Source: a plasmid. Taken from it: DNA of 64,000 nt. A program made the translations under genes and the position numbers. The DNA lies in sequence record OW849071.1; one strand, given 5' to 3'. Positions 39,212-48,962 of the stretch are shown piece by piece. Below the pieces are notes generated by a model, which made no database searches, had not been told where the DNA came from, and saw only the letters and a list, made by a program, of their open reading frames with translations. How positions within the stretch are numbered: position 1 is the stretch's first letter; every line of letters begins with the position of its first letter.

Positions 39212-39931
39212 CTATTGATTTAACAAAAAATTAACACCATCGTTTAATATCGAAACCACATTCGATATAAACTTTCCATAACTTAGAGTATAGATCGATG
39301 ACATTATGATATAGTCACGATTATCAAAGCTCAGTTCCTTTTTTATTTTACTAACTGTATTTTTTGAGGTTTGCACCCCAACACCTGTAATCTTCGAAAT
39401 AGATGCATGAGAAAACCCAACCGCATACAGATTAAAGATAGCCCAGTCAGACTTTGCTGAACGCTGAATTCTTTCGATATATCTTTGCATCTTTATAGAA
39501 AAGTCATTGTATTCCATTGAAGGATGAGGCATCGGTTCATCTTCATTTATAAAAACCCATTTACTGTATGTATCTTCATTAATCGAGAACGTTTCAATAA
39601 AAACAGTCCAAAGTGAACCTGCCAACCAAATATTTTTAACAAGTACAGCAGAACCTTCTGAAAACGATTTCAGTTCTGACTGCATCAGTTCCAGTTTGAT
39701 CTCCAGGGAGAGATCCAGAAACCAGCTTCCAGGTGCTCTGGGTGTATCAAATGCTCCAGTTCCACCAGATGTTAAGAAAATTTTGTCAAAGGTTGGGCTG
39801 GTGTGAATTACTTCGCCCCGGGAATCACGAATAAAAGCAGGGCAAGATGAAATATTAAGCATCTCGCGCATAGAATGAATGGAATCTGTTTGACTGCGCA
39901 CAGCAATATGACTACGATCCTTCGCACACAT
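39212..39931 (-). CDS. traJ: Transfer activator TraJ
   Basis: 239-aa AT-rich ORF at the traJ position between traM and traY; C-terminal HTH-like segment (ISKITGVGVQTSKNTVSKIKKEL). Confidence 0.7.
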   Translation of the reverse strand: MCAKDRSHIAVRSQTDSIHSMREMLNISSCPAFIRDSRGEVIHTSPTFDKIFLTSGGTGAFDTPRAPGSWFLDLSLEIKLELMQSELKSFSEGSAVLVKNIWLAGSLWTVFIETFSINEDTYSKWVFINEDEPMPHPSMEYNDFSIKMQRYIERIQRSAKSDWAIFNLYAVGFSHASISKITGVGVQTSKNTVSKIKKELSFDNRDYIIMSSIYTLSYGKFISNVVSILNDGVNFLLNQ

Positions 39932-39934
39932 AGG

Positions 39935-40020
39935 CGCCTCCTGGAAAGGACACTATGGATAGTTGACGTTCGGGGGGACTAGCCCCGGACGTCAACGCTT
40001 CAACAAATTTTATTACAACC
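39935..40020 (+). ncRNA. finP: FinP antisense RNA (antisense to traJ leader)
   Basis: Opposite strand of the traJ 5' UTR; strong stem-loop GACGTTCGGGG-GGACTAG-CCCCGGACGTC at 39965..39993, typical of FinP/traJ SLII. Confidence 0.5.
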
Positions 40021-40130
40021 CTGTAAGTATTCTATATTCCTTATTCTTCCATGTCACTTTTTAAAGCTAGATCATTATTCTTTTTTTACTACTGAATTAA
40101 TTACAAACCACCATAAACACACACCAGTTC

Positions 40131-40514
40131 TTACTCTTCTTCCTGCTCGGGGAAGAAGTGAGAAATAACATCTTTTGCATCTTCTCGAATGTTACTCACC
40201 ATGCTGCGGAACTCGAATCGTTCATCACCTGTAACATGAGGGCTTAGAGAGCCAATAGCCAAAAGTTTGGATACGGTAAACTGAGTCTTCATGACATTCT
40301 CAAGCAAAATCTTATTAAACTCAGTTTGGTTAAACCCTGAATCTTTTCTTTCCATTTGAGCCTCATAAACCCTAAGCCCTAATTCAAGGAGCATCGAAGC
40401 GACACTTGAAAAACTGACATCCTTTTCCTTTGCCCCTTCAGCCCTTCGCTTTTCCACTATTGCATTAATTTTCTCTGCAACTTCATCACTAGCATAAGCT
40501 TGTACCCTGGCCAT
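40131..40514 (-). CDS. traM: Relaxosome/signalling protein TraM
   Basis: MARVQAYASDEVAEKINAIVEKRR.EGA.EKDVSFS..ASMLLELGLRV.EAQMERK matches F TraM. Confidence 0.9.
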   Translation of the reverse strand: MARVQAYASDEVAEKINAIVEKRRAEGAKEKDVSFSSVASMLLELGLRVYEAQMERKDSGFNQTEFNKILLENVMKTQFTVSKLLAIGSLSPHVTGDERFEFRSMVSNIREDAKDVISHFFPEQEEE

Positions 40515-40547
40515 ATCGGTTCCTTTATTAAAAACAGCATCAAGCAA

Positions 40548-40930
40548 GTTATTATGGCGAGAAGATAACGCGAGTTTACCTTCTTTACAACTCTAAACTT
40601 AAGTCTAGAGTCTAAGAAAGTTGCATTACGAGTCACATGGCGACTTAAGTCTAGAGTTAAGTCGCTTTAAATATATGATTATAAAAGAGTGAGTCATAAA
40701 CGAGTCGCTATAGACTTACCGACGACTTACTACTGACTCGCCGGCAACTCACATATATATAAAGAAAAATAACATAATGTAATATAACTACAGTTAAGCC
40801 ACTGAAGCTAAAGTGAAATCTGCAAAATTTTAATTTTGCGTAGTGTGTGGTCATTTTGTGGTGAGGAGTGCATATATGTTGAGTCTCGGTCTTGGATGGG
40901 TTAAGGTTATTCCGGGATTTGGCACGGAGG
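40548..40930. promoter_or_regulatory. oriT: Origin of transfer oriT (nic region ~40845..40865 on + strand, TraM/TraY/IHF binding region, divergent promoters)
   Basis: Between traM and orf169. Contains GCGTAGTGTGTGGTCATTTTGTGGTGAGG, resembling the R100/F nic motif GCGTGGGGTGTGGTGCTTT; inverted repeats (AAGTCTAGAGT...ACTCTAGACTT). Confidence 0.75.
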
Positions 40931-40937
40931 GGAATTC

Positions 40938-41423
40938 ATGAAGGGAGCAGCGTTTGGTATCATCCTGTCTTTAATACCATTGTCATCAATGGCAGCAGAC
41001 TGCTTTGATATGGCTGGCAGGGATTACAAAATTGATCCGGATCTCCTGCGTGCTATATCATGGCAAGAATCACGATTTAAAATTGATGCGATTGGTCGTA
41101 ATCCTGTTACGGGTTATGGATCAGGCTTGATGCAAATTGACTCGCAGCATTTCAACGAACTGTCGCGATATGGAATAAAACCGGATCATCTTCTTAGCGA
41201 TGCTTGTCTTAACATCTACACCGGAGCCTATTATCTGGCTCAGGCGTTTAAAAAGTGGGGCGTTTCGTGGGATGCAGTCGGGGCATACAATGCAGGCTTC
41301 AAAAAGACCCCGCGCCAGGCAGCAAGACGTTACGAGTATGCGAAGAAGATCCATTACTACTACACGGCTATCAAAGCAAGCAAACGAACTTCTTCTAAAG
41401 ATCAGAAAATCGCCATGAACTAA
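40938..41423 (+). CDS. Lytic transglycosylase (F orf169 / R1 gene 19, P19)
   Basis: Signal peptide, ..[27 protein letters not shown]...[21 protein letters not shown], almost identical to F ORF169; GGAGG RBS. Confidence 0.92.
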   Translation: MKGAAFGIILSLIPLSSMAADCFDMAGRDYKIDPDLLRAISWQESRFKIDAIGRNPVTGYGSGLMQIDSQHFNELSRYGIKPDHLLSDACLNIYTGAYYLAQAFKKWGVSWDAVGAYNAGFKKTPRQAARRYEYAKKIHYYYTAIKASKRTSSKDQKIAMN

Positions 41424-41455
41424 AAAACCTTCTGATATAAGAAGGCTTGAATTTC

Positions 41456-41788
41456 TTAAAAATCTACGGCATCTATACCTGGATAATAATCGGCATCACT
41501 ATCAAAATGAAAAAGCAGATACCCGCCCTCCCGGTGCATTAGTATGAGATTTTTGCGTAAAAATTTTGACACCCCACCTCTTTTTAGCGCCAGAAGATGG
41601 CGTTTGAAATCATACATCCTTATAACACAACCATAAGGTGTATCATGTATCCACTCTAAGTAACTATCGCAAGTTAGATAATTGGTTGTTGATGAAAGCA
41701 CCTGAAGAACTCTGATATCACCTTCTTCCATATGTGAAATACTGATACAGACAGCTTTAAATTCAAACATAAGTATTCCCACCATCAA
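41456..41788 (-). CDS. hypothetical leading-region protein
   Basis: 110-aa ORF between orf169 and orf273. Confidence 0.4.
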   Translation of the reverse strand: MMVGILMFEFKAVCISISHMEEGDIRVLQVLSSTTNYLTCDSYLEWIHDTPYGCVIRMYDFKRHLLALKRGGVSKFLRKNLILMHREGGYLLFHFDSDADYYPGIDAVDF

Positions 41789-41817
41789 AACGCCGGACAG
41801 CTGCCCGGCGCTTATAA

Positions 41818-42654
41818 TTAGCCTTTAAGAGTGCGGAATTTCTCCGCAATTAACCACAATGCCTTATTGAGTTTAACATCACCATCGATTGCTTTTACTG
41901 GCCGGGTTGTTGTTCTTTTCCCTTTTTCAGTTCGGCCAGGCAAACCGCCTTTAATCAGATTTTCCTGGACCCTTTGATATGTAGTCCAGATGTCATCTTT
42001 TTTATCTTCATAACGGCGCGGATGAATTATCTGTTCAATACTGACCGGAGATTTATTTTCATCTTCATATCGGTAGGTTAATGCAGCTTGTCCAAACAGA
42101 CGCTGTTCTTCCTTGGTTAAGGTAATAGACTTCATGACATCAACGCCTTCAGTTATTTTATCGAAAATTCCCAAAACTTCGTAAGCACCTTCGATAACCC
42201 TTCCCACAATATCACCTTTATGAGGTACACGAATCTCACCAAACGACGTACCGCACACAAGGCCATTTGTGCATACAAAACGGAACATACCCGGGATCAT
42301 TTGATAACTGGACGATCCATCATGCGAGTTAAGAAGAATGATTTCGGGTACTTCTGTTCCTTTATTGGCCCCTTCACGGCGAAGTCTTACCATATGCTTA
42401 GTATGCCCCCGTTTATCCTCATCCCTTACTCGTGACTGACAGGCAAAAAATGGCTGGAAACCTTCTTCACGTAATTTATCCAGCAGTGTAATGGTTGGAA
42501 TATAGGTATAGCGATCACTACGTGAATTATGCTTTTCTTCTGAAAACACAGAAGGTACAACCTTGACCAATTCATCGTTAGTCAGTGGGCGTTCCTGACG
42601 AATGGAATGAGTAAGTCCAAATCGGGATGCTAAACGCATATTATTCTCCTTCAC
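41818..42654 (-). CDS. Leading-region protein ORF273-like (DUF932 family)
   Basis: 278 aa; position next to orf169 and size match F ORF273. Confidence 0.65.
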   Translation of the reverse strand: MKENNMRLASRFGLTHSIRQERPLTNDELVKVVPSVFSEEKHNSRSDRYTYIPTITLLDKLREEGFQPFFACQSRVRDEDKRGHTKHMVRLRREGANKGTEVPEIILLNSHDGSSSYQMIPGMFRFVCTNGLVCGTSFGEIRVPHKGDIVGRVIEGAYEVLGIFDKITEGVDVMKSITLTKEEQRLFGQAALTYRYEDENKSPVSIEQIIHPRRYEDKKDDIWTTYQRVQENLIKGGLPGRTEKGKRTTTRPVKAIDGDVKLNKALWLIAEKFRTLKG

Positions 42655-42673
42655 CTGTTTAATTTTTTAACCA

Positions 42674-43335
42674 TCACCCGTTGAGTTGCCGGGGCCGCGG
42701 TTTTGACTTTGTGCGGGGACCTGCTGAACCTGCCCCTGGATATAACCTTCACCCGTTTGAGAGCCGTTCGCCGCAAGGGCGTAAACGAGCACGGCCCGGT
42801 GCAGATGTCCGGGGGTGAGCGGGAAATTTTTTTCGGTCTAATGAAGCGCAGCGGAATGGCCGGGAAAAATTTATTGCGAAAGGCTCTGCCGTCCCCTGGA
42901 CAGCAAGACGGGTTGTGCTTGTCTCAGCCCCGGCGAATGGACTCAAACGGGTGATACGGGTACCAGGGGAAAGGAGCAGGCACCCGCCGCAACGACGAAG
43001 AGCGCGGGCGCGAAACGGCGTTGCCCCGCAGAGTGCCGGCAGTCCTTCGCCGGCACGGTGAAAGCGGCGCGGCCGGAACGGCCGCAGCAAGCGCTGCCGT
43101 TGACTTTGACCTCAGACATCAGACACTAGCCGTCAGGCCCGAAAGCGCGTAGCGGGTTCGGCGGAGCCCGGCGGGTGCGAAGCAGCTGCCCTGGCGGAGT
43201 GTGGCTCGACGACCGGACAGCGCAGCTGGCCGGGAGCCGAAGGTGTCCAGTGTGGGTATGCTTTTAAAGCCTTTAAGGTTTAAAAAGAGGCATCACAGCA
43301 GGGAGAAGGAGAGGAAGCAGGCAAACAGCAGGCAG
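42674..43335. repeat. Frpo-like GC-rich palindromic element, copy 1 (putative ssDNA promoter / ssi)
   Basis: ~0.66-kb element repeated at 46062..46665 (~85-90% identity with internal indels); long-range inverted arms (ATCACCCGTTGAGTTGCCGGGGCC ... GCCCCGGCGAATGGACTCAAACGGGTGA); purine-rich 3' tail. Confidence 0.5.
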
Positions 43336-43466
43336 CAAACAGGGAAGACGCGGAAAGGAAATGCGGGCGGCGCGTCAGCGCGGCCCGGTTTTCCCGGCGC
43401 CGCAGGCGCGCGGTCTTTCGAGGCGCGGCCAGACGGGGACAGGTGCCCCGCCGGCTTAACGTGTCA

Positions 43467-44032
43467 TCAGACGGTTATTCTGAGAATGGCGGTCGCTACC
43501 TGGGTATACGTGAATGTTCCCCGTGGCAACGGCTCCCAGACGTCCGCCAGGGACTCCAGCGCCTTTTGCTGACGCGGCCCGTCCAGACATATGCCCGTCA
43601 GAATCCCGCCAGGTTCAAGCAGAGTTAATGCCCGCCGGATATGCCGGATATCATCACCGCGATTAAACGGCGGATTCATGATAATTCGTGTATACCGGCG
43701 CTCCGGATGATATTCGAGAAAATCTCCGCACCAGATCCGGACCTCCGGGAAATGAGCCTGCAGGTGACGGGCTAACCCGGCGTGCAGCTCCACGGCGTCA
43801 CACTTCGCCCGGGGGACTGCATCCCTGATCGCCTGCAGTATGGCGCCCGTTCCGGCACTGGGTTCCAGAATGCGATCGGTTTCCCGGACATCAGCCAGCT
43901 CAACTAACCGGCGACATTCCGGGGAGGGGGTGACAAAAAGTTGCGAGCTACCCCGAATTTCAGCGACAGGGGCGCGCCCTTCCAGTTTGACCCGCATCGC
44001 CTGAATACGGTGTTTAAGGTCATGATGCATGA
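43467..44032 (-). CDS. Orphan DNA methyltransferase (N6-adenine/N4-cytosine class, NPPF motif)
   Basis: SAM motif I (ILEPSAGTGAI) and motif IV (IIMNPPF); GGGAG RBS before Met at 44032; no adjacent restriction endonuclease gene. Confidence 0.75.
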
Positions 44033-44077
44033 ATGTACTCCCTGACCTCCCCGGCAAGATGCCGGGGAGCCTTCCTG

Positions 44078-45433
44078 CTATTTTTTCGGAATTTCAACGG
44101 TTTTCATGTCTGTGATATACACATTCACGAGCGTACAACCGTGCGTCATGCACCGGCGGAAGCGGTAGGCGCCGTGTGTTTCGGTTTCTGCAGCACCCCG
44201 CACGCCTTTATAATCAGCGGGTAATTTCGCCCACTCGGCTTTTGTCATTTCCCGGAACCCTTCCCCCGGATAATTGACGATCGGTGGGCGCTTCGCCGCT
44301 TTCTTCGCGTCGCTGGCTTCCTCCGCTGTCGGGGCTTTGTAGTCCGTGATACGGTCGGGCGTGAGTTTCATCGTGCCGCTGTAGCCCAGAAAGCGATAAC
44401 CGGGCGTTTCGACTGAACTCACCTCCCCCTTACTCCGGTTAACCCGGAGAATGGTTAACCATTCTCCCCGGCTCAGTACCTGCCCGCCTGGTTCAAATTC
44501 CTGTGTTCGGGTGACAACGCCACCGTTTTCATTGAGCATCGCGCGTTCGTAGGCCAGGCGGTTCTGGTAATGATTAACCCAGCGCTGTTGGTGGTTAATC
44601 GTGCGCTCATGACAGCGGATCGCAATATCACGCGCCTGTTCAAAAGTAATGATCTCCTCCGACAGGGCAGAATGGAGAGACATCGAGCCCTCATACTGGC
44701 TTTTCTCTGCCGGGCGGGGGTATTTGTCGAGCGTGAAGCAGGCATGAATATGATCATAATTACTGACCAGTAACGCCATTTTCAGATCGAGCGTCTGCGC
44801 ACGCCACATCGTCATATACTTTTCAGACCGGGCAATGTGCTTTTGGGACTTGCGTAATTCCGCCTCGATTTTTTTGATACGGCGGTAACGCACATCCGGA
44901 CGCTCCTTGTATTTTGCGTGCCGCAGAGAGGCCTGCGCGCGCTGTTCCCAGTATTCCGCACGCTCGAACAGCATCACGGCACGTTTCATGCCGCTCTCAA
45001 TTTTCTGCGCATGCCGGCGCGCGCGGCGCTCGCTGTGGTGGCCTACCAGGATCGGCTGTCCCAGCGGGACAGCCGATGCCAGCGAATCAACATGCGCAAG
45101 CGCCTGCTCCGATTCAACCGCCCGCCGGTCACTGTAGTCACTGAACCGCCCGGCGCGCTGCTCCTGGCGATCAAACAGGGTGCTGTCCTCGTCCTCGATA
45201 TCACCGGCGAGCGAAAGCAGGACATCCTCCCGCCCCGGCGTCCAGGCTGGCGCCACAAAGAGTTTCTGTTTGGGCGCCCAGCGAAAGCCTGCTTTGTTGA
45301 TCAGGGAATACGTTTCTTCATCGAGCCGTAATGATGCGTAAAGTCGCAATTTATTATCATCGGGTGAATAGGTTGCCCGGTAAGTCTGGCTGACGGTATT
45401 TTCCGTCATGATCTGTGCGGTAGTCGGTGTCAT
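44078..45433 (-). CDS. Large leading-region protein (DUF3560-like)
   Basis: 451-aa hydrophilic, Arg/Glu-rich protein immediately upstream of the methyltransferase in the same orientation. Confidence 0.5.
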   Translation of the reverse strand: MTPTTAQIMTENTVSQTYRATYSPDDNKLRLYASLRLDEETYSLINKAGFRWAPKQKLFVAPAWTPGREDVLLSLAGDIEDEDSTLFDRQEQRAGRFSDYSDRRAVESEQALAHVDSLASAVPLGQPILVGHHSERRARRHAQKIESGMKRAVMLFERAEYWEQRAQASLRHAKYKERPDVRYRRIKKIEAELRKSQKHIARSEKYMTMWRAQTLDLKMALLVSNYDHIHACFTLDKYPRPAEKSQYEGSMSLHSALSEEIITFEQARDIAIRCHERTINHQQRWVNHYQNRLAYERAMLNENGGVVTRTQEFEPGGQVLSRGEWLTILRVNRSKGEVSSVETPGYRFLGYSGTMKLTPDRITDYKAPTAEEASDAKKAAKRPPIVNYPGEGFREMTKAEWAKLPADYKGVRGAAETETHGAYRFRRCMTHGCTLVNVYITDMKTVEIPKK

Positions 45434-45484
45434 TGTGTTTTCTCCTTCCTGCAGTTGCCGCCCCTCGCGGGGCGGCTCACCTCA

Positions 45485-45715
45485 TCAGTTAAATGCGCGT
45501 TTCAGTTCCAGCGTGCGGAGTACCTGCCCGAGGGCGGTATTTTTCATCGCGGGGATGTGGACACCGCGCCCTTTGCGGTGACTTCTGGCGATATGACGCC
45601 CGAAAGCTCTGAGAGCGGGATCAATCTCCGGTGCGGTGATATCTGCGCGCAGAATGCGCGAATGACGACGGGGCTTTACAGCGCCTGCGGAAGGTGAAAA
45701 AATAGAAACGATCAT
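45485..45715 (-). CDS. hypothetical small basic protein
   Basis: 76 aa with strong AAGGAG RBS. Confidence 0.45.
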   Translation of the reverse strand: MIVSIFSPSAGAVKPRRHSRILRADITAPEIDPALRAFGRHIARSHRKGRGVHIPAMKNTALGQVLRTLELKRAFN

Positions 45716-45806
45716 AAAGTTGACTCCTTATGGTAGTTAACGAAGCCGGAAAAACCGTTCGTGCGATTTTTACGGCGTGGGAGAAGCAGGGTTTACCCTG
45801 CTTTTT

Positions 45807-46034
45807 TCATACCTGCGGTTTGCTTCCCGCCTCTTCTTCCTCCTTCTGAACCTGATCGGTAATGTCTTCCGGTGCGCCCAGAAACCAGCCTTTGACGGGT
45901 TCACAGCGTTCAATAAACGCTTTTATCGCCCGTTTTCCGGTCGTGGCCTGCACCCGGGTAAACATCGGCAGATTGCCGCTGGCATTGCTTCCCAGAAATG
46001 CGATCCGATACGTTCGCAATGAAGGATCCTGCAT
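45807..46034 (-). CDS. hypothetical small acidic protein
   Basis: 75-aa ORF immediately downstream (minus sense) of Frpo-like copy 2. Confidence 0.35.
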   Translation of the reverse strand: MQDPSLRTYRIAFLGSNASGNLPMFTRVQATTGKRAIKAFIERCEPVKGWFLGAPEDITDQVQKEEEEAGSKPQV

Positions 46035-46061
46035 TTTTCTTTTTCCCGATTTTTAAAGAAC

Positions 46062-46665
46062 ATCACCCGTTGAGTTGCCGGGGCCGCGGTTTTGACTTTG
46101 TGCGGGGACCTGCTGAACCTGCCCCCTGGTATTAACTTCACCCGTTTGAGAGCCGTTCGCCGCAAGGGCGTAAACGAGCACGGGCGACGGCAGCTGTCCA
46201 GGGCGCGGTTTACCGCGTGCCATTTACCCTGGACGGATGATGGCGACTGTGCTTGTCTCAGCCCCGGCGAATGGACTCAAACGGGTGATACGGCGCCAGG
46301 GGGAAGGAGCAGGCACCCGCCGCAACGACGAAGAGCGCGGGCGCGAAACGGCGTTGCCCTGCAGAGTGCCGGCAGCTTTATCGCCGGCACGGTGAAAGCG
46401 GCGCGGCCGGAACGGTCGCAGCAAGCGCTGCCGTTGACCTTGACTTCAGACATCAGACACTAGCCGCCAGGCCCGAAACCGCGTAGCGGGTTCGGCGGAG
46501 TTTACCGCGTCTTTTCGCGGTTAGCGGAGTGTGGCTCGACGACTGGACAGCGCAGCTGGCCGGGAGCCGAAGGTGTCCAGTGCGGGTGTGCTTTTAAAGC
46601 CTTTAAGGGTTAAAAAGAGACATCACAGCAGGAAGAAGAAGAGAAAGCAGACAGACAGCAGGGAG
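46062..46665. repeat. Frpo-like GC-rich palindromic element, copy 2
   Basis: Direct repeat of 42674..43335 including the same inverted arms and purine-rich tail. Confidence 0.5.
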
Positions 46666-46760
46666 CAAGCCGGAAACGTAAAGATGCAGGCTGGAGAGAA
46701 TATGTTTTTCATGCCGCCGGAAAGAAGCCATGATAAACCGGCGGCATACCAGACGGGGCG

Positions 46761-47078
46761 TCAGGAACGGAGCTTATTTTCCTTCCTGAACTGCGCAACG
46801 CTATACCAGATTGAAGCCAGGAAAGCGAAAACGGTGATCAGGACACGAAATTCGTCACCCGGCTCTTTCCCCTTCAGCATCAGCGTTATGATGATGCCGG
46901 CAACGATAATCCACGCAATACCACTCCAGAGGCGCAGCTTATCCGCCACGACATTAATCAGAACAAAAGCAACGGCCAGGATAGCCCCCCACAGAGCCGG
47001 AACAGGCTGAAACGGAATAAAAAACAGGTTAATACCGGTTAAAAGCGTCACGGCAGCAAACATCAGAGACATACGCAC
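46761..47078 (-). CDS. hypothetical inner-membrane protein
   Basis: 105 aa, 3 TM helices. Confidence 0.4.
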   Translation of the reverse strand: MRMSLMFAAVTLLTGINLFFIPFQPVPALWGAILAVAFVLINVVADKLRLWSGIAWIIVAGIIITLMLKGKEPGDEFRVLITVFAFLASIWYSVAQFRKENKLRS

Positions 47079-47112
47079 AGATTACCCTCCCTGGACACAC
47101 TGAGTAAGAAAA

Positions 47113-47382
47113 TCAATTCTGCTGATCATCGCCCGGTTTATTATATTCGGGTGCATTTGCGCGCGGCAGCTGCTGACTGTTCAGTCGATGTACGCGGAAC
47201 CGTTCATGGAAATATTCGCGCAGGTGTTCAGGCTGTTCCCGTTCAACAAGTTCCGGCATGACGGGCTTGTTCATGCGCTCCTGCCAGGCAACATCAGCAG
47301 CCACCCTATCGACGGCAACTTTGTCCTGCTCCTCCTTTGAAAAAGAGGCAATATTCCACTGCGACATACGCAAAATCAGCAA
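47113..47382 (-). CDS. hypothetical small protein
   Basis: 89-aa ORF (probable start MSQWNI..). Confidence 0.35.
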   Translation of the reverse strand: MLILRMSQWNIASFSKEEQDKVAVDRVAADVAWQERMNKPVMPELVEREQPEHLREYFHERFRVHRLNSQQLPRANAPEYNKPGDDQQN

Positions 47383-47603
47383 AAGAAGAAAAGGTACGCA
47401 GATATTACGCTCTTAATCCTTAACTGGCGACCTGTTGAGGTGAGGCCAGTACGCAGCGCCGCAGGTGTGGCGAACCGCCTCACTGGCAGGCGAAGCCTGC
47501 CAGGATTTTCGCGCGGCCGCACCGATCTGCGAAGCCGGGTAAGCTCCTCACAGATCGTGCCGTCTCTGACCTTAAACGGGGCGTCGGGCGCCCCGATATA
47601 GTA

Positions 47604-48083
47604 TCAGTCCAGAGCCGCGTAAATAGCAGCGCATTCGTCATGAGAGTCAATGAAATTCCACAGCTGCGATTCCCGCAGCATCAGGTGGCGTGTCAGGGCA
47701 GCATCACCGCGTTCATGGTGCAGCCAGATACGGCGGTTGATCGCCAGCGCCGTAATGATAACTCCGGCCGCATCCGCGCTGACGGACCGATCAAACCAGT
47801 TATCCGGGTTAGTCAGATGGAAACGGTCACCGTCAGGCATCATGTAGCCGCCGCCCTCCGGAATACGGATGAAATGCCAGAAGCCTCCGCAGTAATCGGT
47901 GATGTGTTTCTCAGCGAGCGCATAGACCTGCATCTCTCCGGCCAGAAAATCGTTACCAAACAGATCCGGCAGGAACGAGAGACGGTCGGACTCCTCTACA
48001 TTCAGCATGGTTTGACGGGCATGATACATAGCAACCTCCACAGGTTCATAAGATTGCGGCACCGGGTTGTGCCGTGCCGACAC
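47604..48083 (-). CDS. Putative anti-restriction protein (ArdB/KlcA-like)
   Basis: 159 aa; size, leading-region location and ..DYCGGFWHF.. segment are reminiscent of ArdB/KlcA/YfjX; needs profile confirmation. Confidence 0.45.
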   Translation of the reverse strand: MSARHNPVPQSYEPVEVAMYHARQTMLNVEESDRLSFLPDLFGNDFLAGEMQVYALAEKHITDYCGGFWHFIRIPEGGGYMMPDGDRFHLTNPDNWFDRSVSADAAGVIITALAINRRIWLHHERGDAALTRHLMLRESQLWNFIDSHDECAAIYAALD

Positions 48084-48548
48084 GACAGCCCGGCGGAAAG
48101 CGGAAGATGCAAGGGCGACACCGGAGGCCGCAGCGCAGATAAAGCACGAAGCTGGTCTGGACGGTTTTAGAGCGAACCTGAGCGAGAAAACGACGGGAAG
48201 AACGGCGAGCTTCCTAAAAAAACTGCGACCGGGCGAGGATGGCGGCGCCAGCGAACCCTTGCATCTGCAGCGGCCGGGCTAAAGTGAAGGCACGGCACTA
48301 CCCGAAGCGATGCAGGAGATACAACATGAGGTCCCCTGTCGCGGTTTACGAGCGCAGGGAGAAAAGCAGAAGCTGGCATCGCGACGCGATGGCTGCGTAT
48401 AAAGGCCGCAGACCGGAGGGAGGGGGCCGGACAAAGCGGAGCCGGCGGCAAAGACAAGCCGGCGACGTCCTTATCCGGTGTTGATGGCATGGCGCCAGTT
48501 TATCAGCTGCCCGTCACCAGGCGGCCCGGGAGACCTCTCGTTCTGAGC

Positions 48549-48779
48549 TTATCGGCGATCTGGTTTATCACTGGCCACGGAGATACCAATGTACATACCG
48601 CTTCCCCAGATAATCTGAGAGAGCACAAATAGCCACTGAGGGACGTCAACAATCAACAGCGGAAGAAGAGCAACCGTCACGATTAAAATCAGGCGGCTAC
48701 CGAATTGCCGGCGCACCGGTTCAGCGGCGTCAACCGGGACGCCTGCATATCGCAGAACCTGCCTTAAACCCGTATTCAT
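48549..48779 (-). CDS. hypothetical small membrane protein
   Basis: 76 aa (MNTGLRQVL...) with two hydrophobic helices, downstream of the intron 3' end. Confidence 0.3.
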   Translation of the reverse strand: MNTGLRQVLRYAGVPVDAAEPVRRQFGSRLILIVTVALLPLLIVDVPQWLFVLSQIIWGSGMYIGISVASDKPDRR

Positions 48780-48962
48780 AATCACTCCACTCAGAATAAA
48801 TGCACTGTACGTCAGTATATTACATTTTATTAGATAACGATTCTCCGGACTGGCAGCGATCCTTCTGAAATTTCCCTGTTTTTGCAGGAACAGCAAATGG
48901 TTACAGACAACGGCAACAAGATGACTTAAAAAAAAACGGCCTCCGCAAAATAATGTCGCGGT

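Noticed and set aside
40938-41423. Concern that orf169 should be co-oriented with traM
   Set aside because: The + strand ORF has a strong GGAGG RBS and a near-identical match to F ORF169, including the SLT catalytic Glu motif. It is divergent from traM across oriT.
43201-43572. ORFs within the Frpo-like repeats (43201..43572; 46531..47010)
   Set aside because: They lie in repeated GC-rich palindromic non-coding elements. The two copies do not conserve the reading frame, and the sequence is Arg/Gly-rich.
48084-48548. ORFs 48167..48490 (-) and 48239..48484 (+)
   Set aside because: They overlap each other in a GC-rich, purine-rich stretch resembling the tails of the Frpo-like elements, and the products are extremely basic and low-complexity. 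The region is more likely non-coding regulatory or structural DNA.
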